From the NCBI RefSeq assembly GCF_054482525.1, contig NZ_CM137006.1: DNA of 64,000 bases, one strand, 5' to 3'. This document shows positions 52,401 to 63,455 of this stretch, one piece after another (within the stretch, counting starts at the first letter, position 1; each line of letters starts with the position of its first letter). The notes beneath the pieces were generated by a model, which made no database searches, was not told where the DNA came from, and saw only the letters and a list, made by a program, of their open reading frames with translations. Position numbers and translations under genes: made by a program.

Positions 52401-52726
52401 CGCAGTAGCACTGCTCCGACCACGGCTTCAACAATATTGATGGTCGTCCAGGTCATGTTCAGCGAGCTGGTGGAAAAAAGCAGGATGGATGCGGCGATAT
52501 TTCCCAGCGAGCAGCTCAGCGCAATCCCCGGCCACATGCGCCCGGCATGGCGATAAAACGCCACCATCATGATGGACGTCGGGAACCACAGTGGGGCGAG
52601 TTGGGTGCCAAATTGCGAAAGCTCAAGCGAGAAAAGGGTAAAGATAAACGAGACTAAACCTAAACTGACCAGGTGAAGCAGCGGGTGGGGCAGGGCAATT
52701 AATACATGCTGTGATTGTTTGCTCAT
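49409..52726 (-). CDS. dgcE: Diguanylate cyclase DgcE/YegE (1105 aa; MASE1 membrane domain, PAS domains, GGDEF, degenerate EAL)
   Basis: 1105-aa ORF; N-terminal polytopic membrane domain, GGDEF motif (RLGGDEFGLLL), C-terminal EAL-like region. Confidence 0.95.
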   Translation of the reverse strand: MSKQSQHVLIALPHPLLHLVSLGLVSFIFTLFSLELSQFGTQLAPLWFPTSIMMVAFYRHAGRMWPGIALSCSLGNIAASILLFSTSSLNMTWTTINIVEAVVGAVLLRILLPWYNPLQNLADWLRLALGSAIVPPLLGGVLVILLTPGDDPLRAFLIWVLSESIGALALVPLGLLFKPHYLLRHRNPRLLFESLLTLAITLTLSWLSMLYLPWPFTFIIVLLMWSAVRLPRMEAFLIFLTTVMMVSLMMAADPSLLATPRTYLMSHMPWLPFLLILLPANIMTMVMYAFRAERKHISESETRFRNAMEYSAIGMALVGTEGQWLQSNKALCQFLGYSQEELRGLTFQQLTWPEDLNKDLQQVEKLISGEINTYSMEKRYYNRNGDVVWALLAVSLVRHTDGTPLYFIAQIEDINELKRTEQVNQQLMERITLANEAGGIGIWEWELKPNIFSWDKRMFELYEIPPHIKPNWQVWYECVLPEDRQHAEKVIRDSLQSRSPFKLEFRIAVKDGIRHIRALANRVLNKEGEVERLLGINMDMTEVKQLNEALFQEKERLHITLDSIGEAVVCIDMAMKITFMNPVAEKMSGWTQEEALGVPLLTVLHITFGDNGPLMENIYSADTSRSAIEQDVVLHCRSGGSYDVHYSITPLSTLDGSNIGSVLVIQDVTESRKMLRQLSYSASHDALTHLANRASFEKQLRILLQTVNSTHQRHALVFIDLDRFKAVNDSAGHAAGDALLRELASLMLSMLRSSDVLARLGGDEFGLLLPDCNVESARFIATRIISAVNDYHFIWEGRVHRVGASAGITLIDDNNHQAAEVMSQADIACYASKNGGRGRVTIYEPQQAATHSERAAISLDEQWRMIKENQLMMIAHGVASPRIPEARNLWLISLKLWSCEGEIIDEQTFRRSFSDPALSHALDRRVFHDFFQQAAKAVASKGLSIALPLSVAGLSSATLVNELLEQLENSPLPPRLLHLIIPADAILDHAENVQKLRLAGCRIVFSQVGRDLQIFNSLKANMADYLLLDGELCANVQGNLMDEMLITIIQGHAQRLGMKTIAGPVVLPLVMDTLSGIGVDLIYGDVIADAQPLDLLVNSSYFAIN

Positions 52727-53043
52727 TACCGCTTTATCCGCAAGACCAGGTCGCCAGTATTCGTTTCTGTGTTTATGCTAGTACAAAAGTTTTACATTTT
52801 ATATGCGAATTGCTCATAAAGTGACGTAAAGGCGGATAATTTGCGCAACTGCGTATAACATTTTTTACCTTGCATTAAAACTGAACAACGTAATTTGCCA
52901 CCGGGAATTATTCGTCAACAATTACTCTGAGCGCGCGGCAACGCTATTCGACTGGTATCAGGCGGATGAAATCCCTATAATTGCCGCGTTTGGCGCTTCG
53001 TCGCCCCCTTCCTAACATCCAGGTTAATCAGGTCGCTAAATAT

Positions 53044-53685
53044 ATGACTGATCAGTCTCATCAGTGCGTCATTATCGGTATCGCTGGCGCATCGGCTTCC
53101 GGCAAGAGTCTTATTGCCAGTACCCTTTATCGTGAATTACGTGAGCAAGTCGGTGATGAACACATCGGCGTAATTCCCGAAGACTGCTATTACAAAGATC
53201 AAAGCCATCTGTCGATGGAAGAACGCGTTAAGACCAACTACGACCATCCCAGCGCGATGGATCACAGCCTGCTGCTTGAGCATTTACAAGCATTGAAACG
53301 CGGCTCGGCCATTGACCTGCCGGTTTACAGCTATGTTGAACATACGCGTATGAAAGAAACGGTGACGGTTGAGCCGAAGAAAGTCATCATTCTCGAAGGC
53401 ATTTTGCTGCTGACGGATGCGCGTTTGCGTGATGAACTTAACTTCTCAATTTTCGTTGATACCCCGCTGGATATCTGCCTGATGCGCCGCATCAAGCGTG
53501 ACGTTAACGAGCGTGGGCGTTCAATGGATTCAGTGATGGCGCAATATCAAAAAACCGTGCGTCCGATGTTCCTGCAATTCATTGAGCCTTCTAAACAATA
53601 TGCGGACATTATCGTGCCGCGCGGCGGGAAAAACCGCATCGCCATCGATATATTGAAAGCGAAAATAAGTCAGTTCTTTGAATAA
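53044..53685 (+). CDS. udk: Uridine/cytidine kinase Udk (213 aa)
   Basis: Start at [22 protein letters not shown] (P-loop); 213 aa. Confidence 0.96.
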
Positions 53686-53776
53686 GCTTGATAAATTGTG
53701 TACCGTTCAGTGATAACCTGGTATGCCCTTGACGTAATTGGCGTTAAGGGAGTGATGCGCGAAAGGAGAAAATGCC

Positions 53777-54358
53777 ATGCGTCTGTGTGACCGAGATATT
53801 GAAGCCTGGCTTGATGAAGGCCGTTTGTCGATCAACCCACGTCCGCCAGTGGAGCGTATTAACGGCGCGACGGTGGATGTGCGCCTGGGCAATAAATTTC
53901 GTACCTTCCGTGGTCACACGGCAGCGTTTATCGATCTGAGCGGTCCCAAAGATGAAGTGAGCGCCGCGCTTGACCGCGTGATGAGCGATGAGATCGTTCT
54001 CGATGAAAGCGAGGCGTTCTATCTTCACCCAGGAGAGCTGGCGCTGGCGGTGACGCTGGAGTCGGTGACGCTGCCAGCCGATCTGGTGGGCTGGCTGGAC
54101 GGGCGTTCCTCATTGGCGCGTCTGGGGCTGATGGTGCACGTCACCGCGCACCGCATCGATCCGGGCTGGTCTGGCTGCATTGTGCTGGAGTTCTACAACT
54201 CCGGTAAGCTGCCGCTGGCGCTGCGTCCGGGCATGTTAATTGGTGCGCTGAGCTTTGAGCCGCTTTCCGGCCCGGCGGCGCGACCATACAACCGCCGCGA
54301 AGATGCGAAATATCGCAACCAGCAGGGCGCGGTAGCCAGCCGAATCGATAAAGACTAA
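53777..54358 (+). CDS. dcd: dCTP deaminase Dcd (193 aa)
   Basis: 193-aa [26 protein letters not shown]... Confidence 0.96.
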   Translation: MRLCDRDIEAWLDEGRLSINPRPPVERINGATVDVRLGNKFRTFRGHTAAFIDLSGPKDEVSAALDRVMSDEIVLDESEAFYLHPGELALAVTLESVTLPADLVGWLDGRSSLARLGLMVHVTAHRIDPGWSGCIVLEFYNSGKLPLALRPGMLIGALSFEPLSGPAARPYNRREDAKYRNQQGAVASRIDKD

Positions 54359-54379
54359 TTCAGGCCCATTGAGGATACC

Positions 54380-56233
54380 ATGAGACGATTTCTGACGACG
54401 CTGATGATACTCCTGGTCGTGCTGGTGGCCGGGTTATCTGCGTTAGTGTTGCTGGTGAATCCGAATGATTTCCGCGACTATATGGTCAAGCAAGTTGCTG
54501 CACGTAGCGGTTATCAATTGCAGCTCGACGGGCCACTGCGTTGGCACGTCTGGCCGCAGCTTAGTATCCTCTCCGGGCGAATGTCTCTCACCGCCCAGGG
54601 CGCGAGCCAGCCACTGGTTCGCGCCGACAACATGCGTCTGGACGTGGCGCTTTTACCACTGCTGAGTCATCAACTGAGCGTTAAGCAGGTAATGCTAAAA
54701 GGGGCAGTGATCCAACTGACGCCGCAGACGGAAGCGGTACGCAGTGAAGATGCCCCGGTTGCACCACGCGACAATACCTTGCCGGATCTGTCAGACGATC
54801 GCGGATGGTCGTTTGATATATCCAGTCTTAAGGTGGCGGACAGCGTGCTGGTGTTCCAGCATGAAGATGACGAGCAGGTGACAATCCGCAATATTCGCCT
54901 GCAAATGGAACAAGATCCCCAACATCGTGGTTCATTTGAGTTCTCCGGGCGGGTTAATCGCGATCAGCGCGACCTCACATTATCCCTTAACGGTACGGTA
55001 GATGCTTCTGATTATCCGCATGATTTAACGGCGGCTATTGAACAAATTAACTGGCAGTTGCAGGGTGCAGATTTACCAAAACAAGGTATTCAGGGGCAGG
55101 GGAGTTTCCAGGCCCAGTGGCAGGAGTCACATAAACGCCTTTCATTTAACCAAATCAGTTTGACTGCCAATGACAGTACGCTGAGCGGGCAAGCACAGGT
55201 CACGCTGACAGAGAAACCGGAATGGCAGCTGAGGCTGCAATTCCCGCAACTGAATCTTGACAACCTCATCCCGCTTAAAGAAACAGCGAACGGTGAAAAC
55301 GGTGCCGCGCAGCAGGGGCAGAGCCAATCAACGTTGCCGCGCCCGGTCATTTCTTCGCGTATTGATGAACCGGCCTATCAGGGACTGCAAGGCTTTACGG
55401 CTGATATTTTGTTGCAGGCCAGTAACGTGCGCTGGCGCGGAATGAATTTTACAGATGTTGCCACGCAAATGACCAACAAGTCGGGTCTGCTGGAAATTAC
55501 TCAACTGCAGGGCAAACTTAACGGTGGACAGGTTTCGCTGCCGGGCACGCTGGACGCGACATCAATAAATCCGCGGATAAGCTTCCAGCCACGGCTGGAA
55601 AACGTTGAGATTGGCACCATTCTGAAGGCGTTTAACTATCCGATTTCGTTGACCGGAAAGATGTCACTGGCTGGTGATTTCTCCGGTGCTGACATAGATG
55701 CCGATGCATTCCGCCACAACTGGCAAGGACAGGCACATGTCGAAATGACTGACACGCGCATGGAAGGGATGAACTTCCAGCAGATGATTCAGCAAGCGGT
55801 AGAGCGTAATGGTGGTGATGTGAAGGCCGCTGAAAACTTCGATAACGTGACGCGTCTTGACCGCTTTACCACCGATTTGACGTTGAAGGATGGCGTCGTG
55901 ACGTTAAACGACATGCAAGGTCAATCGTCAGTGCTGGCGCTGACAGGGGAAGGCATGTTGAATTTGGCAGATCAAACCTGCGACACCCAGTTTGACATTC
56001 GTGTGATTGGCGGTTGGAACGGGGAAAGCAAACTGATTGATTTCCTCAAAGAAACGCCAGTACCGCTGCGGGTTTATGGCAACTGGCAGCAACTTAATTA
56101 CAGCCTGCAAGTTGACCAGCTGCTACGCAAACATCTACAGGACGAAGCGAAACGTCGCCTGAATGACTGGGCCGAGCGGAATAAAGATTCCCGCAATGGC
56201 AAAGATGTGAAGAAGTTGCTGGAGAAGATGTAG
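54380..56233 (+). CDS. asmA: Outer-membrane protein assembly factor AsmA (617 aa)
   Basis: 617-aa ORF with N-terminal signal anchor; conserved neighbour of dcd. Confidence 0.95.
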   Translation: MRRFLTTLMILLVVLVAGLSALVLLVNPNDFRDYMVKQVAARSGYQLQLDGPLRWHVWPQLSILSGRMSLTAQGASQPLVRADNMRLDVALLPLLSHQLSVKQVMLKGAVIQLTPQTEAVRSEDAPVAPRDNTLPDLSDDRGWSFDISSLKVADSVLVFQHEDDEQVTIRNIRLQMEQDPQHRGSFEFSGRVNRDQRDLTLSLNGTVDASDYPHDLTAAIEQINWQLQGADLPKQGIQGQGSFQAQWQESHKRLSFNQISLTANDSTLSGQAQVTLTEKPEWQLRLQFPQLNLDNLIPLKETANGENGAAQQGQSQSTLPRPVISSRIDEPAYQGLQGFTADILLQASNVRWRGMNFTDVATQMTNKSGLLEITQLQGKLNGGQVSLPGTLDATSINPRISFQPRLENVEIGTILKAFNYPISLTGKMSLAGDFSGADIDADAFRHNWQGQAHVEMTDTRMEGMNFQQMIQQAVERNGGDVKAAENFDNVTRLDRFTTDLTLKDGVVTLNDMQGQSSVLALTGEGMLNLADQTCDTQFDIRVIGGWNGESKLIDFLKETPVPLRVYGNWQQLNYSLQVDQLLRKHLQDEAKRRLNDWAERNKDSRNGKDVKKLLEKM

Positions 56234-56254
56234 GTTACCAGGTGACCTGTCCTG

Positions 56255-56291
56255 TAGGCCTGATAAGACGCGTGAAGCGTCGCATCAGGCG
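56255..56291. repeat. REP (repetitive extragenic palindromic) element downstream of asmA
   Basis: gtaggcctgataagacgcgtgaagcgtcgcatcaggcg, classic REP palindrome. Confidence 0.7.
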
Positions 56292-56525
56292 TTCGTGGCG
56301 GCACCATTATATTCTGAATATGTAAGTTCGAAGGCTGTTCCGTTCACTTGATGTTCCTCGTTACTATGGAACGCTCAAGCCGGTGAACGTGCCAGGGTGG
56401 CTCAATCTCCACCACCCTGGCAACCCGGACCCACACCCCCGCTGTGATGTCCATGTACCACAGACAACGCTTCATTGCTGAAGTTATAAGGCGTTACGCA
56501 GCATTGGGTAAAATGGCCGATACCA

Positions 56526-58109
56526 TCACACCTCGTATTCCATCTCGCCATCCTTATGCAGCGGAATAATCTGCACCTTCTGCACGCGATGGCTTTCCAC
56601 CTGCAACGTTTTAAGCAAATAATCCCCCACCTGAACTTCTTCGCCAGGTTTTGGAATACGCTGCAAATATTCCATCAGCAGCCCGGCAATGGTGTGATAT
56701 TCACGTTTCTCGTCCAGCGGCAGCGGCACATATTGCACCAGATCTTCCAGTGGCATATGACCATTCGCCGTCCAGGAACCGTCCGCATTCTTCTGAATAT
56801 CATGGCGGGCGTCGATCTCTTCCACTTCGTTCGGTAAGTTACCGGCAATGGTTTCTGTGACGTCACTTAATGTCACAATCCCTTCCACTGAACCAAACTC
56901 ATCCACCACAAAAGCAAAGTGCGTGCGGGCATTACGGAACTGCTCCAGGGCTGGTAACAACGGCAAGGTTTCCGGGAACACCAGCGGCTGGCGAATCAAC
57001 ACCCGCAGGTTGAGCGGTTCGCCGCGCAGTGACTGTTGTAGCAGGTCGATAACGTGAACAACACCGAGCAAATCTTCCGCGTCGTCACCGTCGGTAACCA
57101 CCAGCCGCGTATGCTGATTTCGCTCCAGCAACTGGCGGATTTCCTCTTCCGGCGCGTTGAGATCGATATGCTCAATATCGTGGCGCGACGTCATAATGCT
57201 GCTGACGGTACGCTGGTTAAGATTAAGGACCCGCTCAATCATCCGCCGCTCCTGCGGATTAAAGATCTGCTGGTTACCATGATCCACCAGCATGGACGCG
57301 GTTTCGGCATCCAGTTCCGCATCTTCTTTTTGCCCGCTAAGCAGGCGCATTACCGCTTCGGTAGTCCGCTGGCGCAGTGTCTGGTTAGCGGAAAGAAAAC
57401 GTCGTCGGTTAAAGATAGCCAACTGATTGAGCGCCTCGATCATCACCGAGAAGCCAATGGCGGCGTACAGGTAGCCTTTCGGAATGACGAAGCCGAAACC
57501 TTCTGCCACCAGGCTAAAGCCAATCATCAACAGGAAGCTTAAGCAGAGAATAACGATGGTCGGGTGACTGTTAACAAATTGCGTTAACGGCTTGCTGGCC
57601 ATCAGCATCAGGCTGATAGCGATAACCACGGCGGCCATCATGACCAGTAAATGGTCGACCATCCCGACGGCGGTAATCACTGAGTCGAGTGAGAAGATGG
57701 CGTCCAGTACCACAATTTGTGTCACCACCCCCCAGAACTTCGCACCTTTGCGTTGTGTGGGGTTATTGCTGTCTTTCCCCTCCAGCCGTTCGTTCAGCTC
57801 CATCGTGGCTTTGAACAGCAGGAAGAAACCACCAAACAGCATGATTAAGTCGCGGGCGCTAAAGGTAAACGAGCGGAAGCTGAACAGCGGTTGAGTCAGG
57901 GTGACCAGCCAGGAGATTGACGCCAGCAGTAACAGGCGCATTAACATCGCCAGCAGCAGCCCGGTAACCCGTGCGCGGTCGCGCTGCTTCGGTGGTAGTT
58001 TTTCGGCGAGGATGGCAATAAAGACCAGGTTATCAATGCCGAGGACCAGTTCGATCACAATCAGCGTGATTAACCCGGCCCAGATAGACGGATCGGCAAT
58101 CCATTCCAT
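56526..58109 (-). CDS. yegH: TerC-family membrane protein with CBS/CorC domains, YegH (527 aa)
   Basis: Start at [13 protein letters not shown] (ATG 58109 revcomp); TerC N-terminal TM domain, C-terminal CBS pair and CorC/transporter-associated domain. Confidence 0.93.
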   Translation of the reverse strand: MEWIADPSIWAGLITLIVIELVLGIDNLVFIAILAEKLPPKQRDRARVTGLLLAMLMRLLLLASISWLVTLTQPLFSFRSFTFSARDLIMLFGGFFLLFKATMELNERLEGKDSNNPTQRKGAKFWGVVTQIVVLDAIFSLDSVITAVGMVDHLLVMMAAVVIAISLMLMASKPLTQFVNSHPTIVILCLSFLLMIGFSLVAEGFGFVIPKGYLYAAIGFSVMIEALNQLAIFNRRRFLSANQTLRQRTTEAVMRLLSGQKEDAELDAETASMLVDHGNQQIFNPQERRMIERVLNLNQRTVSSIMTSRHDIEHIDLNAPEEEIRQLLERNQHTRLVVTDGDDAEDLLGVVHVIDLLQQSLRGEPLNLRVLIRQPLVFPETLPLLPALEQFRNARTHFAFVVDEFGSVEGIVTLSDVTETIAGNLPNEVEEIDARHDIQKNADGSWTANGHMPLEDLVQYVPLPLDEKREYHTIAGLLMEYLQRIPKPGEEVQVGDYLLKTLQVESHRVQKVQIIPLHKDGEMEYEV

Positions 58110-58270
58110 AGTAAGTACAAAACCTATTCGTTGTATGACAAATGTCACAATTCGATCATGGATAAATCGGGGCAAAAATGCAATGTTGCAGCACTATTTA
58201 TCTCATATTATTTGAGGTTTATAACCTCACATTATCCCTGAATTAAAAGTGGTAATAATAAAACATTATT

Positions 58271-58284
58271 TAAGAAATATCGCA
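58271..58284 (+). promoter_or_regulatory. Possible RcsAB box in the cps (wza) promoter region
   Basis: TAAGAAATATCGCA resembles the RcsAB box consensus (TaAGaatatTCctA) as I recall it; weak, by eye. Confidence 0.3.
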
Positions 58285-58577
58285 TGTGGAGACACTATAT
58301 TAAATATTGTCAACCTAAAGAAACTCCTAAAAACCATATTGAATGACACTTAATATAATTCTTAAAAATAGCCAATTGCCGAATTGTTACCTTGCCTGCT
58401 ATTCCGTTAGCTGTAACACTTCCTCCTGCATTATTGGAGAGCCAATATTCAATTACCATAATGTCACCTTATATTCGGAAGTTAATTTCCGCAATAACCC
58501 TTTCTCATCAACGACTGTATGTTGAGAGGGTTTTAAAAATTAAGCTAAATCAGTGTATTGGTAGCTAAAAAGCCAGG

Positions 58578-58589
58578 GGCGGTAGCGTG
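58578..58589 (+). promoter_or_regulatory. ops: ops element (GGCGGTAGCGTG) within JUMPstart in the wza 5' leader; RfaH recruitment site
   Basis: Exact match to ops consensus GGCGGTAGnnTG ~180 bp upstream of wza, same strand. Confidence 0.8.
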
Positions 58590-58767
58590 TCTGGATGCCT
58601 GAAAGACCAGTCTGAATTATTCTGTCAATAGCCTGCGGATGAAATCAATTTTTTTAGGACTGATGCCAGTTAAATTTTTATTCAATTAACTGCAAGGTAA
58701 ATGTGCATGGCGACATTGCTATTAACAGTGCACAGGATAATTACTCTGCCAAAGTGATAAATAAACA

Positions 58768-59907
58768 ATGATGAAATCCAAAATGAAATTGATGCCATTA
58801 TTGGTGTCAGTAACCTTGATAAGCGGTTGCACAGTACTTCCGGGCAGCAATATGTCGACGATGGGGAAAGACGTCATCAAACAGCAGGACGCTGATTTCG
58901 ATCTCGACAAAATGGTGAATGTTTATCCGTTGACCCCGCGCCTGATTGATCAATTACGACCACGCCCGAATGTAGCGCGCCCCAATATGACGCTGGAAAG
59001 TGAGATCGCGAATTATCAGTATCGCGTCGGGCCGGGGGACGTTCTTAATGTCACCGTCTGGGATCACCCGGAACTCACCACGCCAGCCGGTCAGTACCGC
59101 AGCTCCAGCGACACCGGCAACTGGGTACAGCCTGACGGCACTATGTTTTACCCGTATATCGGCAAGGTTCACGTGGTGGGGAAAACGCTCGCTGAAATCC
59201 GCAGTGATATTACCGGGCGCTTAGCGACGTACATCGCTGACCCGCAGGTGGACGTTAATATCGCCGCCTTCCGCTCGCAAAAAGCCTATATCTCCGGTCA
59301 GGTGAATAAATCCGGTCAACAGGCCATCACCAACGTGCCACTGACCATTCTTGATGCCATCAACGCCGCAGGTGGCCTGACCGACACCGCTGACTGGCGC
59401 AACGTAGTGCTAACACACAATGGTCGTGAAGAGCGCATTTCTTTGCAGGCGCTGATGCAAAACGGCGACCTCAATCAGAACCGACTGCTTTACCCCGGCG
59501 ATATTCTCTACGTGCCGCGTAATGATGATCTGAAAGTGTTTGTGATGGGTGAAGTGAAGAAACAGAGCACCCTGAAAATGGACTTTAGCGGCATGACCCT
59601 GACTGAAGCCCTTGGTAATGCTGAAGGCATCGACATGACCACCTCCAACGCCAGCGGCATCTTTGTCATTCGTCCGCTGAAAGGCGAGGGTGGGCGTAAC
59701 GGCAAGATTGCCAATATCTACCAGCTGGATATGTCCGATGCCACGTCGCTGGTGATGGCGACAGAATTCCGCCTGCAACCTTATGACGTGGTGTATGTCA
59801 CCACCGCACCGGTTTCCCGCTGGAACCGTCTGATCAATCAGTTGCTGCCAACTATTAGCGGTGTCCGTTACATGACGGATACAGCCAGCGACATTCATAA
59901 CTGGTAA
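58768..59907 (+). CDS. wza: Outer-membrane polysaccharide export lipoprotein Wza (379 aa)
   Basis: Lipoprotein signal [21 protein letters not shown]; 379 aa. Confidence 0.96.
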   Translation: MMKSKMKLMPLLVSVTLISGCTVLPGSNMSTMGKDVIKQQDADFDLDKMVNVYPLTPRLIDQLRPRPNVARPNMTLESEIANYQYRVGPGDVLNVTVWDHPELTTPAGQYRSSSDTGNWVQPDGTMFYPYIGKVHVVGKTLAEIRSDITGRLATYIADPQVDVNIAAFRSQKAYISGQVNKSGQQAITNVPLTILDAINAAGGLTDTADWRNVVLTHNGREERISLQALMQNGDLNQNRLLYPGDILYVPRNDDLKVFVMGEVKKQSTLKMDFSGMTLTEALGNAEGIDMTTSNASGIFVIRPLKGEGGRNGKIANIYQLDMSDATSLVMATEFRLQPYDVVYVTTAPVSRWNRLINQLLPTISGVRYMTDTASDIHNW

Positions 59908-59912
59908 TCGTC

Positions 59913-60356
59913 ATGTTTAACAACATTTTAGTTGTCTGTGTCGGCAATATTTGCCGTTCCCCGACGGCGGAACGCTTACTGCAACGTTATCACCCGGAGC
60001 TGAAAGTGGAGTCCGCTGGACTCGGCGCGCTGGTCGGTAAGGGCGCTGATCCTACCGCTATCAGCGTCGCCGCAGAACATCAACTGTCTCTGGAAGGTCA
60101 CTGTGCCCGTCAAATCAGCCGCAGCCTGTGTCGCAACTACGACCTGATTTTGACCATGGAAAAGCGCCATATCGAACGCTTATGCGAGATGGCACCTGAG
60201 ATGCGCGGCAAAGTGATGCTGTTTGGTCACTGGGATAACGAATGTGAAATCCCCGATCCGTATCGCAAAAGCCGGGAAACGTTTGCAGCGGTGTACACAT
60301 TACTTGAACGGTCTGCCCGCCAGTGGGCGCAGGCATTGAACGCAGAGCAGGTATAA
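59913..60356 (+). CDS. wzb: Low-molecular-weight protein-tyrosine phosphatase Wzb (147 aa)
   Basis: CX5R P-loop VCVGNICRS at N-terminus. Confidence 0.96.
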   Translation: MFNNILVVCVGNICRSPTAERLLQRYHPELKVESAGLGALVGKGADPTAISVAAEHQLSLEGHCARQISRSLCRNYDLILTMEKRHIERLCEMAPEMRGKVMLFGHWDNECEIPDPYRKSRETFAAVYTLLERSARQWAQALNAEQV

Positions 60357-60358
60357 GA

Positions 60359-62521
60359 ATGACAGAAAAAGTAAAACAACATGCCGCTCCGGTAACGGGC
60401 AGTGATGAAATCGATATTGGTCGCCTGGTCGGCACCGTCATTGAAGCGCGCTGGTGGGTGATTGGCATCACCGCCGTATTTGCCCTCTGTGCCGTGGTTT
60501 ACACCTTCTTCGCCACGCCGATATATAGCGCCGACGCACTGGTACAAATCGAACAAAGCAGCGGCAATTCGCTGGTGCAGGATATCGGATCGGCATTAGC
60601 CAACAAACCGCCAGCATCGGACGCTGAGATCCAGTTGATTCGTTCGCGTCTGGTGCTTGGTAAAACGGTGGACGATCTCGACCTCGATATTGCGGTGAGC
60701 AAAAACACGTTCCCGATTTTCGGTGCGGGCTGGGATCGTTTGATGGGACGCCAGAACGAGACGGTGAAAGTGACCACCTTTAACCGCCCGAAAGAGATGG
60801 CGGATCAAGTGTTTACGCTTAATGTGCTTGATGACAAAAACTACACCTTGAGCAGTGATGGCGGCTTTAGCGCCCGTGGGCAAGCGGGCCAGATGCTGAA
60901 AAAAGAAGGCGTCACGCTGATGGTTGAAGCCATTCACGCCAGCCCGGGCACTGAGTTTACCGTCACCAAATACTCCACGCTGGGGATGATCAACCAACTG
61001 CAAAACAGCCTGACGGTAACGGAGAACGGCAAAGACGCAGGCGTACTGAGCCTGACTTATACCGGTGAAGATCGCGAACAGATCCGCGACATTCTTAACA
61101 GTATCGCCCGTAACTATCAGGAGCAAAATATTGAGCGCAAATCGGCGGAAGCGTCGAAAAGCCTCGCCTTCCTCGCGCAACAGTTACCGGAAGTACGTAG
61201 CCGCCTTGATGTTGCCGAAAACAAACTGAATGCCTTCCGTCAGGATAAAGATTCTGTTGATCTGCCGCTGGAAGCAAAAGCGGTGCTCGATTCGATGGTG
61301 AACATCGACGCACAGTTGAACGAACTGACCTTTAAAGAGGCAGAAATCTCCAAGCTGTACACCAAAGTTCACCCGGCGTACCGCACGCTGCTGGAGAAAC
61401 GGCAGGCGCTGGAAGACGAAAAAGCCAAACTTAACGGTCGCGTAACGGCGATGCCGAAAACCCAGCAGGAGATTGTGCGCCTGACCCGCGATGTCGAGTC
61501 TGGTCAGCAGGTCTATATGCAACTGCTGAATAAAGAGCAGGAGCTGAAAATCACCGAAGCCAGCACCGTCGGCGATGTGCGCATTGTTGACCCGGCAATC
61601 ACTCAGCCTGGTGTGCTGAAACCGAAGAAAGGGCTGATTATCCTCGGCGCGATTATCCTCGGCCTGATGCTCTCTATCGTGGGTGTGCTGCTGCGCTCGT
61701 TGTTCAATCGCGGCATCGAAAGCCCACAGGTGCTGGAAGAACACGGTATTAGCGTCTATGCCAGCATCCCGCTGTCGGAATGGCAGAAAGCGCGCGATAG
61801 CGTCAAAACCATCAAAGGGGTTAAACGCTATAAACAGAGCCAGCTACTGGCGGTGGGGAATCCAACCGATCTGGCGATTGAAGCCATCCGCAGTCTGCGT
61901 ACCAGTCTGCACTTCGCGATGATGCAGGCGCAGAACAATGTGTTGATGATGACCGGGGTTAGCCCGTCAATCGGTAAAACCTTTGTCTGCGCTAACCTGG
62001 CGGCGGTGATCAGTCAGACCAATAAACGGGTGTTGTTGATCGACTGCGATATGCGCAAAGGCTACACCCACGAGCTGTTGGGCACCAATAACGTCAATGG
62101 CCTGTCGGAAATTTTGATTGGTCAGGGCGATATTACTACCGCTGCTAAACCGACCTCTATTGCCAAATTTGACCTGATCCCGCGCGGTCAGGTACCGCCA
62201 AATCCTTCTGAACTGTTGATGAGCGAACGCTTTGCCGAACTGGTGAACTGGGCGAGTAAAAACTATGACCTGGTGTTGATTGATACGCCGCCGATTCTGG
62301 CAGTGACCGATGCGGCAATTGTTGGTCGTCATGTCGGAACCACGTTAATGGTGGCGCGTTATGCGGTCAACACATTGAAAGAAGTGGAAACCAGTCTGAG
62401 CCGCTTTGAGCAAAATGGTATTCCGGTGAAAGGGGTGATTCTCAACTCCATCTTCCGCCGCGCCAGCGCGTATCAGGATTATGGCTATTACGAATACGAA
62501 TATAAGTCGGATGCGAAATAA
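60359..62521 (+). CDS. wzc: Tyrosine autokinase / polysaccharide co-polymerase Wzc (720 aa)
   Basis: Start at MTEKVKQHAAP; Walker A GVSPSIGKT; C-terminal Tyr-rich tail YQDYGYYEYEYKSD. Confidence 0.96.
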   Translation: MTEKVKQHAAPVTGSDEIDIGRLVGTVIEARWWVIGITAVFALCAVVYTFFATPIYSADALVQIEQSSGNSLVQDIGSALANKPPASDAEIQLIRSRLVLGKTVDDLDLDIAVSKNTFPIFGAGWDRLMGRQNETVKVTTFNRPKEMADQVFTLNVLDDKNYTLSSDGGFSARGQAGQMLKKEGVTLMVEAIHASPGTEFTVTKYSTLGMINQLQNSLTVTENGKDAGVLSLTYTGEDREQIRDILNSIARNYQEQNIERKSAEASKSLAFLAQQLPEVRSRLDVAENKLNAFRQDKDSVDLPLEAKAVLDSMVNIDAQLNELTFKEAEISKLYTKVHPAYRTLLEKRQALEDEKAKLNGRVTAMPKTQQEIVRLTRDVESGQQVYMQLLNKEQELKITEASTVGDVRIVDPAITQPGVLKPKKGLIILGAIILGLMLSIVGVLLRSLFNRGIESPQVLEEHGISVYASIPLSEWQKARDSVKTIKGVKRYKQSQLLAVGNPTDLAIEAIRSLRTSLHFAMMQAQNNVLMMTGVSPSIGKTFVCANLAAVISQTNKRVLLIDCDMRKGYTHELLGTNNVNGLSEILIGQGDITTAAKPTSIAKFDLIPRGQVPPNPSELLMSERFAELVNWASKNYDLVLIDTPPILAVTDAAIVGRHVGTTLMVARYAVNTLKEVETSLSRFEQNGIPVKGVILNSIFRRASAYQDYGYYEYEYKSDAK

Positions 62522-62545
62522 CGACGCCTGCATTCGCACCGCCCC

Positions 62546-62583
62546 GTAGGCCGGATAAGGCGCTCACGCCGCATCCGGCAAGC
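62546..62583. repeat. REP element between wzc and wcaA
   Basis: gtaggccggataaggcgctcacgccgcatccggcaagc palindrome. Confidence 0.7.
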
Positions 62584-62613
62584 AAACCAGCTCATAAGTC
62601 GGGAGAACAACCT

Positions 62614-63453
62614 ATGAAAGACAATCCGCTGATCTCAATCTATATGCCGACCTGGAACCGCCAACAACTGGCGATTCGGGCGATAAAATCGGTCCTGCGC
62701 CAGGACTACAGTAACTGGGAGATGATCATCGTGGATGATTGCTCCACCTCCTGGGAACAGCTGCAACAGTATGTCAGCGCCCTCAACGATCCGCGTATCA
62801 CCTACATTCACAACGACATTAACAGCGGGGCGTGCGCGGTACGTAACCAGGCGATTATGCTGGCGCAAGGGGAATACATCACCGGGATCGATGATGATGA
62901 TGAATGGACACCCAACCGCCTGAGCGTCTTCCTCGCCCATAAACAGCAACTGGTCACTCATGCCTTTTTGTACGCTAACGACTACGTTTGCCAGGGCGAA
63001 GTCTATTCCCAACCGGCAAGTTTGCCGCTGTATCCAAAATCGCCATATTCACGCCGACTGTTCTACAAACGCAATATCATTGGCAATCAGGTCTTTACCT
63101 GGGCGTGGCGTTTCAAAGAGTGTTTGTTCGATACCGAACTGAAAGCGGCACAGGATTACGACATCTTTCTGCGAATGGTGGTGGAGTATGGCGAACCGTG
63201 GAAAGTGGAAGAGGCGACGCAGATCCTGCATATCAATCACGGCGAAATGCAGATCACCTCGTCACCGAAAAAATTCTCCGGATACTTCCACTTTTACCGC
63301 AAGCACAAAGACAAATTCGACCGTGCCAGTAAAAAATATCAGCTGTTTACCCTCTACCAGATCCGCAATAAACGTATGACCTGGCGCACTTTGCTGACGC
63401 TGCTGTCGGTGCGTAACGGCAAACGTCTGGCTGATGGTATTCGGGGGCGCTAA
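62614..63453 (+). CDS. wcaA: Colanic acid glycosyltransferase WcaA (GT2 family, 279 aa)
   Basis: GT2 motifs (ISIYMPTWNR, DDDDEW). Confidence 0.95.
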   Translation: MKDNPLISIYMPTWNRQQLAIRAIKSVLRQDYSNWEMIIVDDCSTSWEQLQQYVSALNDPRITYIHNDINSGACAVRNQAIMLAQGEYITGIDDDDEWTPNRLSVFLAHKQQLVTHAFLYANDYVCQGEVYSQPASLPLYPKSPYSRRLFYKRNIIGNQVFTWAWRFKECLFDTELKAAQDYDIFLRMVVEYGEPWKVEEATQILHINHGEMQITSSPKKFSGYFHFYRKHKDKFDRASKKYQLFTLYQIRNKRMTWRTLLTLLSVRNGKRLADGIRGR

Positions 63454-63455
63454 AG

